The notes beneath the pieces were generated by a model. The model searched no databases and had not been told where the DNA came from. It saw only the letters and a list, made by a program, of their open reading frames with translations. Below, piece after piece: positions 22,487-32,928 of a stretch of DNA of 64,000 nucleotides. Location of the stretch: contig CANIBB010000001.1 of NCBI GenBank assembly GCA_947465575.1, forward strand, positions 2,804 to 66,803, read 5' to 3'. Both the position numbers and the translations under genes were made by a program. The first letter of the stretch is position 1. Every line of letters starts with the position of its first letter. The stretch comes from Actinomycetota bacterium (GTDB lineage: Bacteria > Actinomycetota > Actinomycetes > Nanopelagicales > Nanopelagicaceae).

Positions 22487-23598
22487 GTAAAGCATTTTTT
22501 GTCTTAGATGATGGTCGCATCTTTGAAGGTAAATCCTGGGGAGCAGTTGGCAAGTGCTTTGGCGAAGCGGTATTTCAAACTGGTATGACGGGCTATCAAG
22601 AGACTTTAACCGACCCCTCGTATCACAAGCAGGTTGTTGTTATGACGGCGCCACATATCGGTAATACCGGCGTGAATTCAGATGATAACGAATCGGCAAA
22701 AATTTGGGTTGCCGGATTTGTCGTACGTAATCCATCGACATTGACCTCTAATTGGCGAAGTGAGAATTCACTAGAAGATGAGTTGATAGCTCAAAATATT
22801 GTTGGTATTCAAGCTGTAGATACCCGCGCAATAACGCGTCACTTACGTGATCGCGGTGCAATGCGCGTAGGGATATTCTCAGGTCTAGAACTCTCGCGTG
22901 AAGAGATGGTTGTCGAAGTACGTAAAGTCGAAGCGATGAACGGTGCGTTTTTGGTTGCCGACGTATCAACCCCAACTGCCTATGTCGTGCCAGCGATTGG
23001 TGAAAAACGCTTGGTTGTAGCTGCAATCGATTTAGGAATTAAAGCGGCGACACCTCACGCCCTCGCGCAAAGAGGAGTAGAGGTTCACGTCCTGCCTTAT
23101 AACTCATCCATTGCCGATATTGAATCGATAAATCCTGATGGTGTCTTTATTTCTAATGGTCCGGGGGACCCGGCGACTATGCTCGAAACAATCGAACTAG
23201 TTCGTGAGGTTTTAGTGCGCGAAATTCCAATTTTTGGAATTTGCTTCGGTCATCAAATACTTGGCCGCGCCCTCGGTTTTGAAACCTATAAATTAACCTT
23301 CGGTCATCGTGGAATTAATCAACCAGTAATTGACAAGAACACAGGTAAAGTTGAAATCACTTCGCATAACCATGGCTTTGCCCTCAAAGCACCGACCGAA
23401 TCCACGTTCTCGACGGTGTATGGAAATGGCGAAGTTACCCATGTATCACTCAATGATGGAGTCATTGAGGGATTACAACTTCTAGATCGTCCTGCATTTT
23501 CAGTTCAATACCATCCAGAAGCTGCCGCTGGTCCGCATGATGCGGCCTATCTCTTTGATCGCTTCGTAGATTTAATGAACCAGAAAGCGCGTGCATAA
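22483..23598 (+). CDS. carA: Carbamoyl-phosphate synthase small subunit
   Basis: [32 protein letters not shown]. Confidence 0.98.
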   Translation: MSKAFFVLDDGRIFEGKSWGAVGKCFGEAVFQTGMTGYQETLTDPSYHKQVVVMTAPHIGNTGVNSDDNESAKIWVAGFVVRNPSTLTSNWRSENSLEDELIAQNIVGIQAVDTRAITRHLRDRGAMRVGIFSGLELSREEMVVEVRKVEAMNGAFLVADVSTPTAYVVPAIGEKRLVVAAIDLGIKAATPHALAQRGVEVHVLPYNSSIADIESINPDGVFISNGPGDPATMLETIELVREVLVREIPIFGICFGHQILGRALGFETYKLTFGHRGINQPVIDKNTGKVEITSHNHGFALKAPTESTFSTVYGNGEVTHVSLNDGVIEGLQLLDRPAFSVQYHPEAAAGPHDAAYLFDRFVDLMNQKARA

Positions 23599-26500
23599 TG
23601 CCTTTAGATACCTCCATTAAATCTGTGCTGGTCATCGGTAGTGGGCCCATCGTGATTGGTCAGGCATGCGAGTTCGATTACTCAGGTACTCAGGCCTGTC
23701 GAATATTGCGTGAAGAGGGAATTCGAGTTGTTCTCATTAACTCAAACCCTGCAACGATTATGACCGATCCCGAATTTGCCGACGCTACATATATCGAGCC
23801 CATTACATCGGATGCGATTGAAAAGATTATTGCCCACGAGAGACCTGATGCCGTTCTTGCAACTCTTGGTGGGCAGACCGCTCTTAATGCAGCGATTGCA
23901 GTCTTTGAGGCGGGAATTTTAGCAAAGTATGGTGTTCGCCTTATTGGAGCCGATGTTGATGCGATAAATCGTGGCGAAAACCGAGAACTTTTTCGTGAGA
24001 TAGTGGCAAAAGTTGGAGGCGAATCTGCCAAGTCGGTTATCTGCCACACTATTGAAGAGATATTCCAAGGCGTCGAAACTTTAGGATATCCAGTTGTCGT
24101 GCGGCCCTCGTTCACAATGGGTGGTCTCGGCTCTGGAATTGCATTTGATGCCGAAGAGCTCAAACAGATCGCAGGAGCGGGCCTTCGCCATAGTCCAACT
24201 TCTGAAGTGCTGCTAGAAGAGTCGATTATTGGTTGGAAAGAATATGAGCTTGAAGTTATGCGAGATCACAAAGATAACGTAGTGATTGTCTGCAGTATTG
24301 AAAATATTGATCCCATGGGAGTCCATACTGGTGACTCAATAACAGTTGCACCGGCGATGACGTTAACTGATGTCGAGTATCAGCGGCTTCGTAATCTATC
24401 TCTAGATATTATCCGCGAGGTAGGTGTTGACACAGGAGGCTGCAATATTCAATTTGCAGTAAATCCTGAAACTGGTCGAATAATTGTTATTGAGATGAAT
24501 CCGCGTGTTTCTCGTTCCAGCGCATTAGCATCGAAGGCAACAGGCTTTCCCATTGCAAAAATCGCCACCAAGTTGGCTATTGGATATACCTTAGATGAGA
24601 TCAATAATGACATTACCAAAGTAACTCCCGCCTCTTTTGAGCCATCACTGGACTATGTGGTCGTAAAAGTTCCTCGTTTTGCTTTCGAGAAGTTTGCCGA
24701 TGCAGATCCGCGCTTAACAACAACGATGAAGAGCGTCGGCGAGGCGATGGCCATTGGCCGATCATTTGCTGAGGCGTTAATGAAGGCGCTGCGCTCCCTT
24801 GAACGAAAGGAGGCGATCTTCACGTGGCCAGAGCTCAATGAGAGCCAGAAGAATGAGCTCCTGCTTTCTATCAAGATTCCAACGGAGTATCGTCTTCAAC
24901 AAGTACAGCGTGCAATGTGGGCTGGAGCCACAATCGATGAGATCTTCCAAGCCTGCAAGATCGACCCTTGGTACCTTCGTCAGATTCAAATTATCAATGA
25001 GCAGGCAGCGATCATTGCACAGCCGGGGGATTTGAGTGCAGAACTTCTACGGGATGCAAAATCAGGTGGGTTTTCAGATGCACAGATCGCAACGCTTCGT
25101 GGAATAAGTGAGGATGAAGTTAGGCAAATTAGACATCACTTATCAATTCGCCCCGTCTATAAAACAGTAGATACATGCGCTGGTGAGTTTGAAGCTTTCA
25201 CTCCCTATCATTATTCAAGTTATGAAGAGGAGAGCGAAGTTCGGGTTCGCACAACACCAGCAGTTATTATTTTAGGTAGCGGTCCAAATCGAATCGGACA
25301 AGGAATCGAGTTTGACTACTCCTGTGTCCATGCCTCATTTGCATTACGTCAAGCAGGATATGAAACGATCATGATCAACTGCAACCCTGAAACGGTTTCA
25401 ACTGATTACGACACAAGCAATCGCCTATATTTCGAGCCACTAACGTTAGAGGATGTTCTCGAGGTCATTCATGCGGAGAGCCTTGCCGGTCCACTTTTAG
25501 GTGTGATTACCCAACTTGGTGGTCAAACTCCATTAGGTCTTGCTGCAGGTCTCAAAGCCAATGGCGTAACTATTCTAGGTACCTCACCTGAGGCGATTAA
25601 TCTAGCTGAAGAGCGCGGTGCATTCGGTCAAATATTGGCCGATCAAGGGCTCAATGCACCAGAGTTCGGAATGGCATCATCGCAGTTAGAGGCGATCACG
25701 ATTGCTAGTCGTATTGGATACCCAGTTCTTGTTAGACCATCATTTGTCTTAGGTGGTCGCGGTATGGAGATTGTTTATGACGATAACTCTCTTGCAGGAT
25801 TTATTTCTCGAGCCACAGACATCACTCCTGATCACCCTGTATTGGTAGATCGCTTCCTGGACAGCGCTATTGAGATTGATGTAGATGCTCTCTTTGATGG
25901 TAAAGAGCTTTTTCTTGGCGGAGTAATGGAACATATTGAAGAGGCCGGAATTCATAGCGGAGATAGCGCCTGCGTTCTCCCATCAATGACGATTACGGAG
26001 CTGCAGCTACAAGAGATTAAGGTTGCAACAACAAAGATTGCCCAAGGCGTTGGTGTTCTTGGTTTGATAAATATTCAATTCGCCATAGCGGGGGAGATTC
26101 TCTACGTCTTGGAAGCCAACCCTCGAGCATCGCGAACGGTGCCATTTGTCAGCAAAGCTACGGGAGTGCCCTTAGCTAAAGCCGCTGCACGTATCTCACT
26201 TGGTTCAACTATCGCCGAGCTTCGCAGCGAAGGGATACTGCCAATTTCTGGCGATGGAGTTGCCAAGGGCGTCTCAGTAAAAGAGGCAGTATTGCCTTGG
26301 AATCGCTTCCGAAGGAGTGATGGCAGAGGTGTTGATGCAATCTTGGGTCCTGAGATGCGCTCAACTGGAGAAGTGATGGGTATCTCTCCAAGCTTTGGAG
26401 AGAGCTATGCCAAATCGCAGATTCAGGCATTTGGACCACTTCCAAAGAGCGGAACAGTGTTTATCTCACTTGCCGATAAAGATAAAGCATCTGGCATTGA

Positions 26501-26858
26501 TGGAGCACGTGGCCTAGCTAGCCTCGGTTTTAGAATTTTAGCCACTACCGGCACTTCTCAATACTTAGCCTCACATGGAGTAGTTTCGGTATCTGTTCGT
26601 AAAAACTCAGATGGTACGGGACCTTTGGGTGAGCCAACTATCGTGGAAATAATTAACTCGGGAGAGATTGATTTAGTGATAAATACACCAGTGGGTCGCG
26701 GTACGCGAGCAGATGGCTGGCTCATTCGCACAGCTGCAGTGCAGCGATCTATTCCTATTATTACTACCACCGCAGGATTTAGTGCAGCGGTGGAGGGTAT
26801 TCGTTTTCTTCAGAGCTCGGAACTCTCAATCAAATCACTTCAAGAGTGGCTTGCATAA
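23598..26858 (+). CDS. carB: Carbamoyl-phosphate synthase large subunit
   Basis: [27 protein letters not shown], duplicated ATP-grasp halves, C-terminal MGS domain. Confidence 0.98.
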   Translation: MPLDTSIKSVLVIGSGPIVIGQACEFDYSGTQACRILREEGIRVVLINSNPATIMTDPEFADATYIEPITSDAIEKIIAHERPDAVLATLGGQTALNAAIAVFEAGILAKYGVRLIGADVDAINRGENRELFREIVAKVGGESAKSVICHTIEEIFQGVETLGYPVVVRPSFTMGGLGSGIAFDAEELKQIAGAGLRHSPTSEVLLEESIIGWKEYELEVMRDHKDNVVIVCSIENIDPMGVHTGDSITVAPAMTLTDVEYQRLRNLSLDIIREVGVDTGGCNIQFAVNPETGRIIVIEMNPRVSRSSALASKATGFPIAKIATKLAIGYTLDEINNDITKVTPASFEPSLDYVVVKVPRFAFEKFADADPRLTTTMKSVGEAMAIGRSFAEALMKALRSLERKEAIFTWPELNESQKNELLLSIKIPTEYRLQQVQRAMWAGATIDEIFQACKIDPWYLRQIQIINEQAAIIAQPGDLSAELLRDAKSGGFSDAQIATLRGISEDEVRQIRHHLSIRPVYKTVDTCAGEFEAFTPYHYSSYEEESEVRVRTTPAVIILGSGPNRIGQGIEFDYSCVHASFALRQAGYETIMINCNPETVSTDYDTSNRLYFEPLTLEDVLEVIHAESLAGPLLGVITQLGGQTPLGLAAGLKANGVTILGTSPEAINLAEERGAFGQILADQGLNAPEFGMASSQLEAITIASRIGYPVLVRPSFVLGGRGMEIVYDDNSLAGFISRATDITPDHPVLVDRFLDSAIEIDVDALFDGKELFLGGVMEHIEEAGIHSGDSACVLPSMTITELQLQEIKVATTKIAQGVGVLGLINIQFAIAGEILYVLEANPRASRTVPFVSKATGVPLAKAAARISLGSTIAELRSEGILPISGDGVAKGVSVKEAVLPWNRFRRSDGRGVDAILGPEMRSTGEVMGISPSFGESYAKSQIQAFGPLPKSGTVFISLADKDKASGIDGARGLASLGFRILATTGTSQYLASHGVVSVSVRKNSDGTGPLGEPTIVEIINSGEIDLVINTPVGRGTRADGWLIRTAAVQRSIPIITTTAGFSAAVEGIRFLQSSELSIKSLQEWLA

Positions 26859-26860
26859 GA

Positions 26861-27697
26861 ATGGCTACCATAAATAAAAACGCAACGTCTATGCAGGCAG
26901 TATTGATGAGCAATAAACGCGTAGGTCAATACCACCAGTTGATAGTTAATATCGGAGATAGTGCGAAGTTGTGTAAGCCTGGCAACTTTGTTGCCATTAG
27001 TGTTGGCGGAGACACGTCACGCATGATTTTGCGAAGAGCTTTTGCGATATCGAGGGTCGCTACTAACTCGACTTTCGGTGGAACGATGGAGCTCATCATC
27101 GCCCCTCACGGTCAAGGAAGTAAATGGCTTTGCGCACAGATTGAGGGTGCGATTTTAGATGTAGTTGTGCCTCTCGGGACGGCCTTTGGAATTCCAACGG
27201 AGCCAGTACCAGTCCTGCTAGTCGGGGGCGGTTATGGATCGGCTCCATTATTTGGTTTAGCCGAAGTTCTCAATGCGCGTGGGTGCAGAGTGGATATGTT
27301 GCTGGGAGCAAGCACTGCAGGGAAGATCTACGCTCCGATGGAGGGTAAGCGTGCAGTTAACTCACTTCGGATCTATACAGAAGATGGCTCAATGGGGCAG
27401 ATGGGTCGTGTTACGGATCCCATTGCAAGCTTAATTACCGATCTTAATATCGCAGTTGTCTATTCCTGCGGACCAATGGCGATGCTCGCAGCGATAAATG
27501 CAATTACTAGCGGTACAGAAGTTGTGCATCAATGCGCCGTGGAGGAGTCGATGGCATGTGGAATCGGTATTTGCATGACCTGCGTTCTACCTGTTGCAGA
27601 TGAAGCCGGTGATGTTTCGATGCTTCGCTCATGTATCGATGGCCCAGTTATGGATGGCGCATTGGTGCAGTGGGATAAAGTTGGACAGGTTCTATGA
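26861..27697 (+). CDS. pyrK: Dihydroorotate dehydrogenase electron transfer subunit
   Basis: GGGYGSAP, CGPMAML, MACGIGICMTC...CIDGPV 2Fe-2S motif. Confidence 0.93.
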   Translation: MATINKNATSMQAVLMSNKRVGQYHQLIVNIGDSAKLCKPGNFVAISVGGDTSRMILRRAFAISRVATNSTFGGTMELIIAPHGQGSKWLCAQIEGAILDVVVPLGTAFGIPTEPVPVLLVGGGYGSAPLFGLAEVLNARGCRVDMLLGASTAGKIYAPMEGKRAVNSLRIYTEDGSMGQMGRVTDPIASLITDLNIAVVYSCGPMAMLAAINAITSGTEVVHQCAVEESMACGIGICMTCVLPVADEAGDVSMLRSCIDGPVMDGALVQWDKVGQVL

Positions 27698-28635
27698 CGA
27701 CGATAGATTTTTCAACGACGATTGCTAATGCTTGGTTTCCATCACCAATCTTTACAGCAAGCGGCTGTGCCAGTTCAGGTCGCGAATTAGCGCAATTCTT
27801 CCCTCTGCACGATATCGGCGGAGTAGTCACAAAGTCGGTCATGAACAAGGCACGTACTGGTCGACCAACGCCACGTATGGCTGAGACTGCCAGTGGAATG
27901 CTTAACTCCATTGGTCTGCAGGGCCCAGGCATAGACGCCTTTATAGCTAAAGATATTCCCTACTTAATTGAGCAAAAGGCGCGCATTATTGTTTCAATAG
28001 CGGGGGAGACGATAGAGGAGTATGCAACGCTTGCAAGAAAACTCCGTTCAGTCTCTGGAATAAGCGCAGTTGAAGTAAATATCTCTTGCCCTAACGTTGA
28101 AAATCGCGGCCTAGTCTTTGCATGCGACCCTGAAGCTTCGAGGCGAGTGATTGATGGAGTTCGTCGAACTCTTGGAGGCGAGCTACCAATAATTGCAAAA
28201 CTCTCTCCCGATGTAACAGATTTAGTCTCCATTGCCAAGGGGGTAGTCGATGCAGGGGCGGATGCCTTAGCTCTGATTAATACCGTCCTTGGAATGGTCA
28301 TCAATCTCGACACCATGCGTCCGCATTTAGGTGGAAAAACTGGCGGCCTATCTGGACCTGCCATAAAGCCGATCGCTGTTCGCGCCGTATATCAAGTTCA
28401 TGAGGCGATGCCAAAGATTCCTATTCTTGGAATGGGCGGAATTTCAAATGGGCGCGATGCACTTGAAATGATTGCAGCAGGTGCAAGTGGCGCCTCTATT
28501 GGAACTGCAAGCTTCGGCAATCCAATGGCATTAATGAATATTTCAAACGAGTTACGAGATCTGCTTGCGCTTAAGGGATTCACATCTCTTAGAGATGCAG
28601 TGGGATTCGCACATCGTGTAGAGGAGACAAAATAG
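27694..28635 (+). CDS. pyrD: Dihydroorotate dehydrogenase, class 1B catalytic subunit
   Basis: MLNSIGLQGPG, NISCPN, KLSP, GGLSGPAIKP. Confidence 0.96.
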   Translation: MTTIDFSTTIANAWFPSPIFTASGCASSGRELAQFFPLHDIGGVVTKSVMNKARTGRPTPRMAETASGMLNSIGLQGPGIDAFIAKDIPYLIEQKARIIVSIAGETIEEYATLARKLRSVSGISAVEVNISCPNVENRGLVFACDPEASRRVIDGVRRTLGGELPIIAKLSPDVTDLVSIAKGVVDAGADALALINTVLGMVINLDTMRPHLGGKTGGLSGPAIKPIAVRAVYQVHEAMPKIPILGMGGISNGRDALEMIAAGASGASIGTASFGNPMALMNISNELRDLLALKGFTSLRDAVGFAHRVEETK

Positions 28636-28636
28636 A

Positions 28637-29341
28637 ATGAGTATCAAATCACCGATCGTATTGGCTGTTGATACCTCGGATTTGGAAACGGCGATTGCAT
28701 GGGTTAAAGCCACGGAGGGTTTGATAGCGGTCTATAAGTTAGGATTAGAGTTTTATTTAAATTTTGGACAAGAGGGTGTTCGCGCGATTTCTAGTTCTAC
28801 GGATAGCGATATATTTTTAGATCTTAAACTTCACGATATTCCGCATACGGTTTCTGGTGCCGCTGCATCTATCTCTTCCCTTGGCGTAAAGTATTTAACG
28901 GTGCACGCATCGGGTGGAAGTGCAATGATTTCAGCGGCCGCGCAGGCAGTCCCATCAACTTTTGTCACGGGAGTAACCATCTTGACCTCACTCTCTGAGA
29001 GCGATGTCTCGGAAATTGGCTTCAAAAATAATGCACTTGAGAGTGCAGTGGGCTTAGCAAAACTCGCCGTCTCAGCTGGTGCTCGTGCAATTGTCTGTTC
29101 TCCACTTGAAATCCTCGCAATTCGCCAGAGCGTTGGAAATGAGATCACGATCATTACCCCGGGTGTTCGCCCTGCAGATAGTGCAGCGGGCGATGATCAG
29201 AAACGGACGATGACTCCGCAAGATGCGATAGATAAGGGCGCGGATCTAGTTGTCATAGGACGTCCAATTACTTCGTTCTGGAGCCAGGGCGGGTTGGCGA
29301 TGAGAGAGCGGACCGAGCAAATCTGCGCACAGATTCTCTAA
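28637..29341 (+). CDS. pyrF: Orotidine-5'-phosphate decarboxylase
   Basis: DLKLHDIPHTV, TPGVR, DQKR, VIGRPIT. Confidence 0.97.
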   Translation: MSIKSPIVLAVDTSDLETAIAWVKATEGLIAVYKLGLEFYLNFGQEGVRAISSSTDSDIFLDLKLHDIPHTVSGAAASISSLGVKYLTVHASGGSAMISAAAQAVPSTFVTGVTILTSLSESDVSEIGFKNNALESAVGLAKLAVSAGARAIVCSPLEILAIRQSVGNEITIITPGVRPADSAAGDDQKRTMTPQDAIDKGADLVVIGRPITSFWSQGGLAMRERTEQICAQIL

Positions 29342-29369
29342 ATTTTGATTAGTGGACTAGATTTCTTGT

Positions 29370-30242
29370 ATGGGCGCCCCTCCGATATTGACTGCCGAGG
29401 AGCGCACTGCCGCTCTTTTAAAGGCGGCTCAGTCTCGCAAACGCCGTGCTGAGGTGAAAGCAAAAGTTAAAACCGGTGAGTTTTCCATCGATGCCGTACT
29501 TGAAATTGCCGCTAATGAAGATGCCATTGCAAAGATGCGCGTCAGAGAGTTGTTAGAGGCGCTGACGGGCGTTGGAAAAGTTCGGGCAGGCTCCTTGATG
29601 GAGCGGTTGAATATTTCTCCAACCCGTAGAATTGCTGGATTGGGACGTCATCAAATTAAAGAGCTACGAAACGAGTTTATGAAATCATCACATGCGTTAA
29701 CTCCAGGAAAGCTACTCGTTCTCTCAGGTCCCGGGGGAGTTGGTAAGAGCACCGTGGCTGCGCGCCTTAGAGCATCGGGTGATTTCTGGGTTAGCGTTTC
29801 TGCGACCACTAGAGCGCCACGATTGAACGAGCATGATGGTGTCGATTATTTCTTTATCAGCGATGATGAGTTTTCACGCCGAGTGCGCAGTGATGAGTTT
29901 CTAGAGTGGGCTGAGTTTGCAGGAAGTAGATATGGAACACCGAGCGCCGCAGTCGAAGAGGCCTTACTTGCTGGCCGCAATGTTCTTTTAGAGATTGAGG
30001 TTGATGGCGCTAGGCAGGTAAAGGCTCATCTGCGGCAATCAATACTGGTCTTTCTAGAGCCACCTTCATGGGAGGAGCTTGTTTCGCGCCTTATCGCCCG
30101 TGGAACCGATACGCCTGAGCGGCGTGCTGAGCGCTTGCAACTAGCCCAAGAGGAGCTCGCAGCGGCCTCATTCTTTGACCTGGTAATCGTCAATGATCAG
30201 GTCGAGCGAGTTGTTGAACAACTGATATCATTGACCTCTTGA
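29370..30242 (+). CDS. gmk: Fusion: actinobacterial integration host factor (mIHF, aa 1-103) + guanylate kinase (aa ~104-290)
   Basis: N-part is mIHF-like (PILTAEERTAALLKAAQSRKRRAEVK...LLEALTGVGKVRA...RRIAGLG); C-part is Gmk (SGPGGVGKST, SATTRAPR, GVDYFF, YGTP); no stop between them. Confidence 0.92.
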   Translation: MGAPPILTAEERTAALLKAAQSRKRRAEVKAKVKTGEFSIDAVLEIAANEDAIAKMRVRELLEALTGVGKVRAGSLMERLNISPTRRIAGLGRHQIKELRNEFMKSSHALTPGKLLVLSGPGGVGKSTVAARLRASGDFWVSVSATTRAPRLNEHDGVDYFFISDDEFSRRVRSDEFLEWAEFAGSRYGTPSAAVEEALLAGRNVLLEIEVDGARQVKAHLRQSILVFLEPPSWEELVSRLIARGTDTPERRAERLQLAQEELAAASFFDLVIVNDQVERVVEQLISLTS

Positions 30243-30281
30243 CCACATTGTTTTTAATATTGATATGAGCGGGGTATAACT

Positions 30282-30530
30282 ATGGATGGCATCACAAATC
30301 CACCGATTGACGAACTTCTAGAGAAAAGTGGCTCTAAATACAGCCTCGTTCTCTATGCAGCCAAGCGTGCCCGTCAGATTAATGCTTACTATTCGCAGCT
30401 CGGTGAAGGCCTACTTGAGTACGTCGGACCACTCGTAGAGACTCATGTGCATGAGAAGCCACTATCTATCGCACTTCGCGAGATTAATGAAGGCTTGCTC
30501 ACGATTGAAAATCTCGAACCAACGGCTTAA
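30282..30530 (+). CDS. rpoZ: RNA polymerase omega subunit
   Basis: [42 protein letters not shown]. Confidence 0.96.
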   Translation: MDGITNPPIDELLEKSGSKYSLVLYAAKRARQINAYYSQLGEGLLEYVGPLVETHVHEKPLSIALREINEGLLTIENLEPTA

Positions 30531-30546
30531 ATAACTCTTCCTTGCT

Positions 30547-31731
30547 ATGTCTGCCACAACTCGTGAGGTCGTACTCGGAGTTGGCGCAGGAATTGCCGCC
30601 TACAAATCATGTGATCTCTTGCGTCGCCTGCAAGATCGTGGCTACTCAATAACGGTTGTACCAACTCCCTCCTCGCTTAACTTTGTTGGTGCAGCGACAT
30701 GGGAAGCTCTCTCGCATCGCAAGGTGAGCACGCAGGTCTGGGAAAATGTCGATGAGGTTTCGCATATTTCTATTGCAGAAAAGACCGATTACTTTCTTAT
30801 CGCTCCTGCGACCGCAGATTTAATTGCGCGAATAGCCGGCGGCCGCGCAGATGATCTTCTGACTAATTTAGTCCTTGCCTCGAGCGTTCCCATCTTGGTC
30901 GTTCCAGCTATGCATCCACAGATGTGGACGGATCCTGCAACCGTTGCAAATGTTGCCACTCTTCGCGCCCGCGGTTATATCGTGATGGAGCCAGAGGTCG
31001 GAAGATTGACGGGCAATGATATTGGTCAAGGTAGATTTCCCCAGAGCTCGGCGATTATCGAAGTATTCGATGGAATGACCGGAAATCTGCGCGACCTAGT
31101 AGGTAGACGAATATTGATCTCAGGGGGCGGAACTCGAGAGGCGATTGATCCAGTTCGCTTTATTGGCAATCGCTCCTCAGGCAAGCAATCACTGGCGCTA
31201 GCGAAGGCAGCCCTTTTGCGTGGAGCGACCGTGCATCTTGTGGCCGCCAATATGCAGGTAGCGGCTGTCGATGGCCTAACGGTTAGTCACGTTGAAAGCG
31301 CGGCAGAGATGAGCGTGGCTCTAGAACGAGAGTTTGCCTCATGCGATATCTTGATTATGAGCGCGGCCGTTGCAGATGCAAAACCTGTGCGCAGTCCTGC
31401 ACAAAAGATAAAGAAAGCTCTCTTCACCTCAATTGAATTAGAGCAAAATCCCGATCTTTTGATGCAGTTGAGCTCAAAAAAGGGGCGACAGATAATGATT
31501 GGCTTCGCCGCTGAGACCAATGATCTCCTGGAGTCGGCAACTGCCAAGTTAGTGGCTAAAGGCTTGGATATTCTCTACGTCAACGATGTCAGTAACGGCG
31601 CAATCTTCGGAAAAGATACGACACAGGGTATGATTCTGACACGCACTGGTGCGCATATAGAAGTCAAGGAAGCCTCCAAAGACGCTCTAGCCAATCTCCT
31701 CCTTGATCACGCCATCCGGCAGTTAGGTTAA
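30547..31731 (+). CDS. coaBC: Phosphopantothenoylcysteine decarboxylase / phosphopantothenate--cysteine ligase
   Basis: GIAAYK, APATAD, PAMH, DPVRFIGNRSSGK, GFAAET. Confidence 0.96.
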   Translation: MSATTREVVLGVGAGIAAYKSCDLLRRLQDRGYSITVVPTPSSLNFVGAATWEALSHRKVSTQVWENVDEVSHISIAEKTDYFLIAPATADLIARIAGGRADDLLTNLVLASSVPILVVPAMHPQMWTDPATVANVATLRARGYIVMEPEVGRLTGNDIGQGRFPQSSAIIEVFDGMTGNLRDLVGRRILISGGGTREAIDPVRFIGNRSSGKQSLALAKAALLRGATVHLVAANMQVAAVDGLTVSHVESAAEMSVALEREFASCDILIMSAAVADAKPVRSPAQKIKKALFTSIELEQNPDLLMQLSSKKGRQIMIGFAAETNDLLESATAKLVAKGLDILYVNDVSNGAIFGKDTTQGMILTRTGAHIEVKEASKDALANLLLDHAIRQLG

Positions 31732-31734
31732 AAC

Positions 31735-32925
31735 ATGTCAAAACGCCTTTTTACCTCGGAATCTGTAACAGAAGGACACCCAGACAAGATTGCAGATGCG
31801 ATCTCTGACGCTGTTCTTGACTCTCTACTCTCGCAAGATATTAAGAGCCGTGTAGCGGTAGAAACACTCATCACAACGGGACAGGTTCACGTTGCCGGTG
31901 AAGTTACTACGAATGGCTATGCCGACGTCAACACAATTGTTCGTGACACTGTTCTAAATATCGGTTACGACTCATCCGACAAAGGCTTCGATGGAAATAG
32001 TTGTGGCGTATCGATTTCGATTGGGCAACAGTCACAAGACATTGCTCAAGGTGTAGATGATGCATATGAGCATCGCGTGGCATCTGGCGCAGATCCCTTG
32101 GATTTACAGGGAGCTGGAGATCAGGGCTTAATGTTTGGATATGCATGCGATGATACAAAAGAGCTCATGCCTCTTCCTATTTGGTTAGCACATGCTCTCG
32201 CCCAACAGCTTTCAAAGGTCCGTAAATCCGGACAGCTTCCATATCTTCGCCCCGATGGAAAAACTCAAGTAACTATTGAATACGATGGAGATCGCGCAGT
32301 TGCACTCAATACCGTTGTTATCTCTAGTCAGCATGCCGAAGAGGTAGATGTAGTTAAAACGCTAACTCCTGAGATTCTTGAGTTTGTTATCGAGCCAATT
32401 CTCTCAACGATCGATCTTCCTCGAAAAGATCTTAAGACGCTTATTAACCCAACTGGTCGCTTCGTTATTGGCGGTCCAATGGGAGATGCCGGATTAACGG
32501 GACGTAAAATTATCGTTGATACCTACGGTGGAATGGCTCGTCACGGCGGGGGAGCCTTCAGCGGAAAAGATCCATCAAAGGTGGATAGATCTGCCGCTTA
32601 TGCGATGAGATGGGTAGCTAAAAACGTAGTTGCCGCAGGACTTGCACGTCGCTGTGAGGTACAGGTTGCTTATGCAATTGGAAAAGCGCAGCCAGTTGGT
32701 CTCTTTGTCGAAACTTTCGGAACCGAGACTGTGCCGGTCGCTAAGATTCAAGATGCTGTTTTAGCCGTCTTTGATCTTCGTCCAGCGGCGATCATTCGCG
32801 ACCTAGAACTACTACGCCCGATTTATAAACTTACTAGCGCATACGGTCACTTTGGTCGTGAACTTCCTGAGTTTGCTTGGGAGCGCACTGATCGCGTGAG
32901 TGCACTTCAAAGCGCTATTAAGTAG
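31735..32925 (+). CDS. metK: S-adenosylmethionine synthetase
   Basis: [28 protein letters not shown]. Confidence 0.98.
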   Translation: MSKRLFTSESVTEGHPDKIADAISDAVLDSLLSQDIKSRVAVETLITTGQVHVAGEVTTNGYADVNTIVRDTVLNIGYDSSDKGFDGNSCGVSISIGQQSQDIAQGVDDAYEHRVASGADPLDLQGAGDQGLMFGYACDDTKELMPLPIWLAHALAQQLSKVRKSGQLPYLRPDGKTQVTIEYDGDRAVALNTVVISSQHAEEVDVVKTLTPEILEFVIEPILSTIDLPRKDLKTLINPTGRFVIGGPMGDAGLTGRKIIVDTYGGMARHGGGAFSGKDPSKVDRSAAYAMRWVAKNVVAAGLARRCEVQVAYAIGKAQPVGLFVETFGTETVPVAKIQDAVLAVFDLRPAAIIRDLELLRPIYKLTSAYGHFGRELPEFAWERTDRVSALQSAIK

Positions 32926-32928
32926 AGC

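Noticed and set aside
30265-30279. Tiny ORF ATG AGC GGG GTA TAA upstream of rpoZ
   Set aside because: Only four codons, overlapping the likely RBS; no evidence beyond chance.
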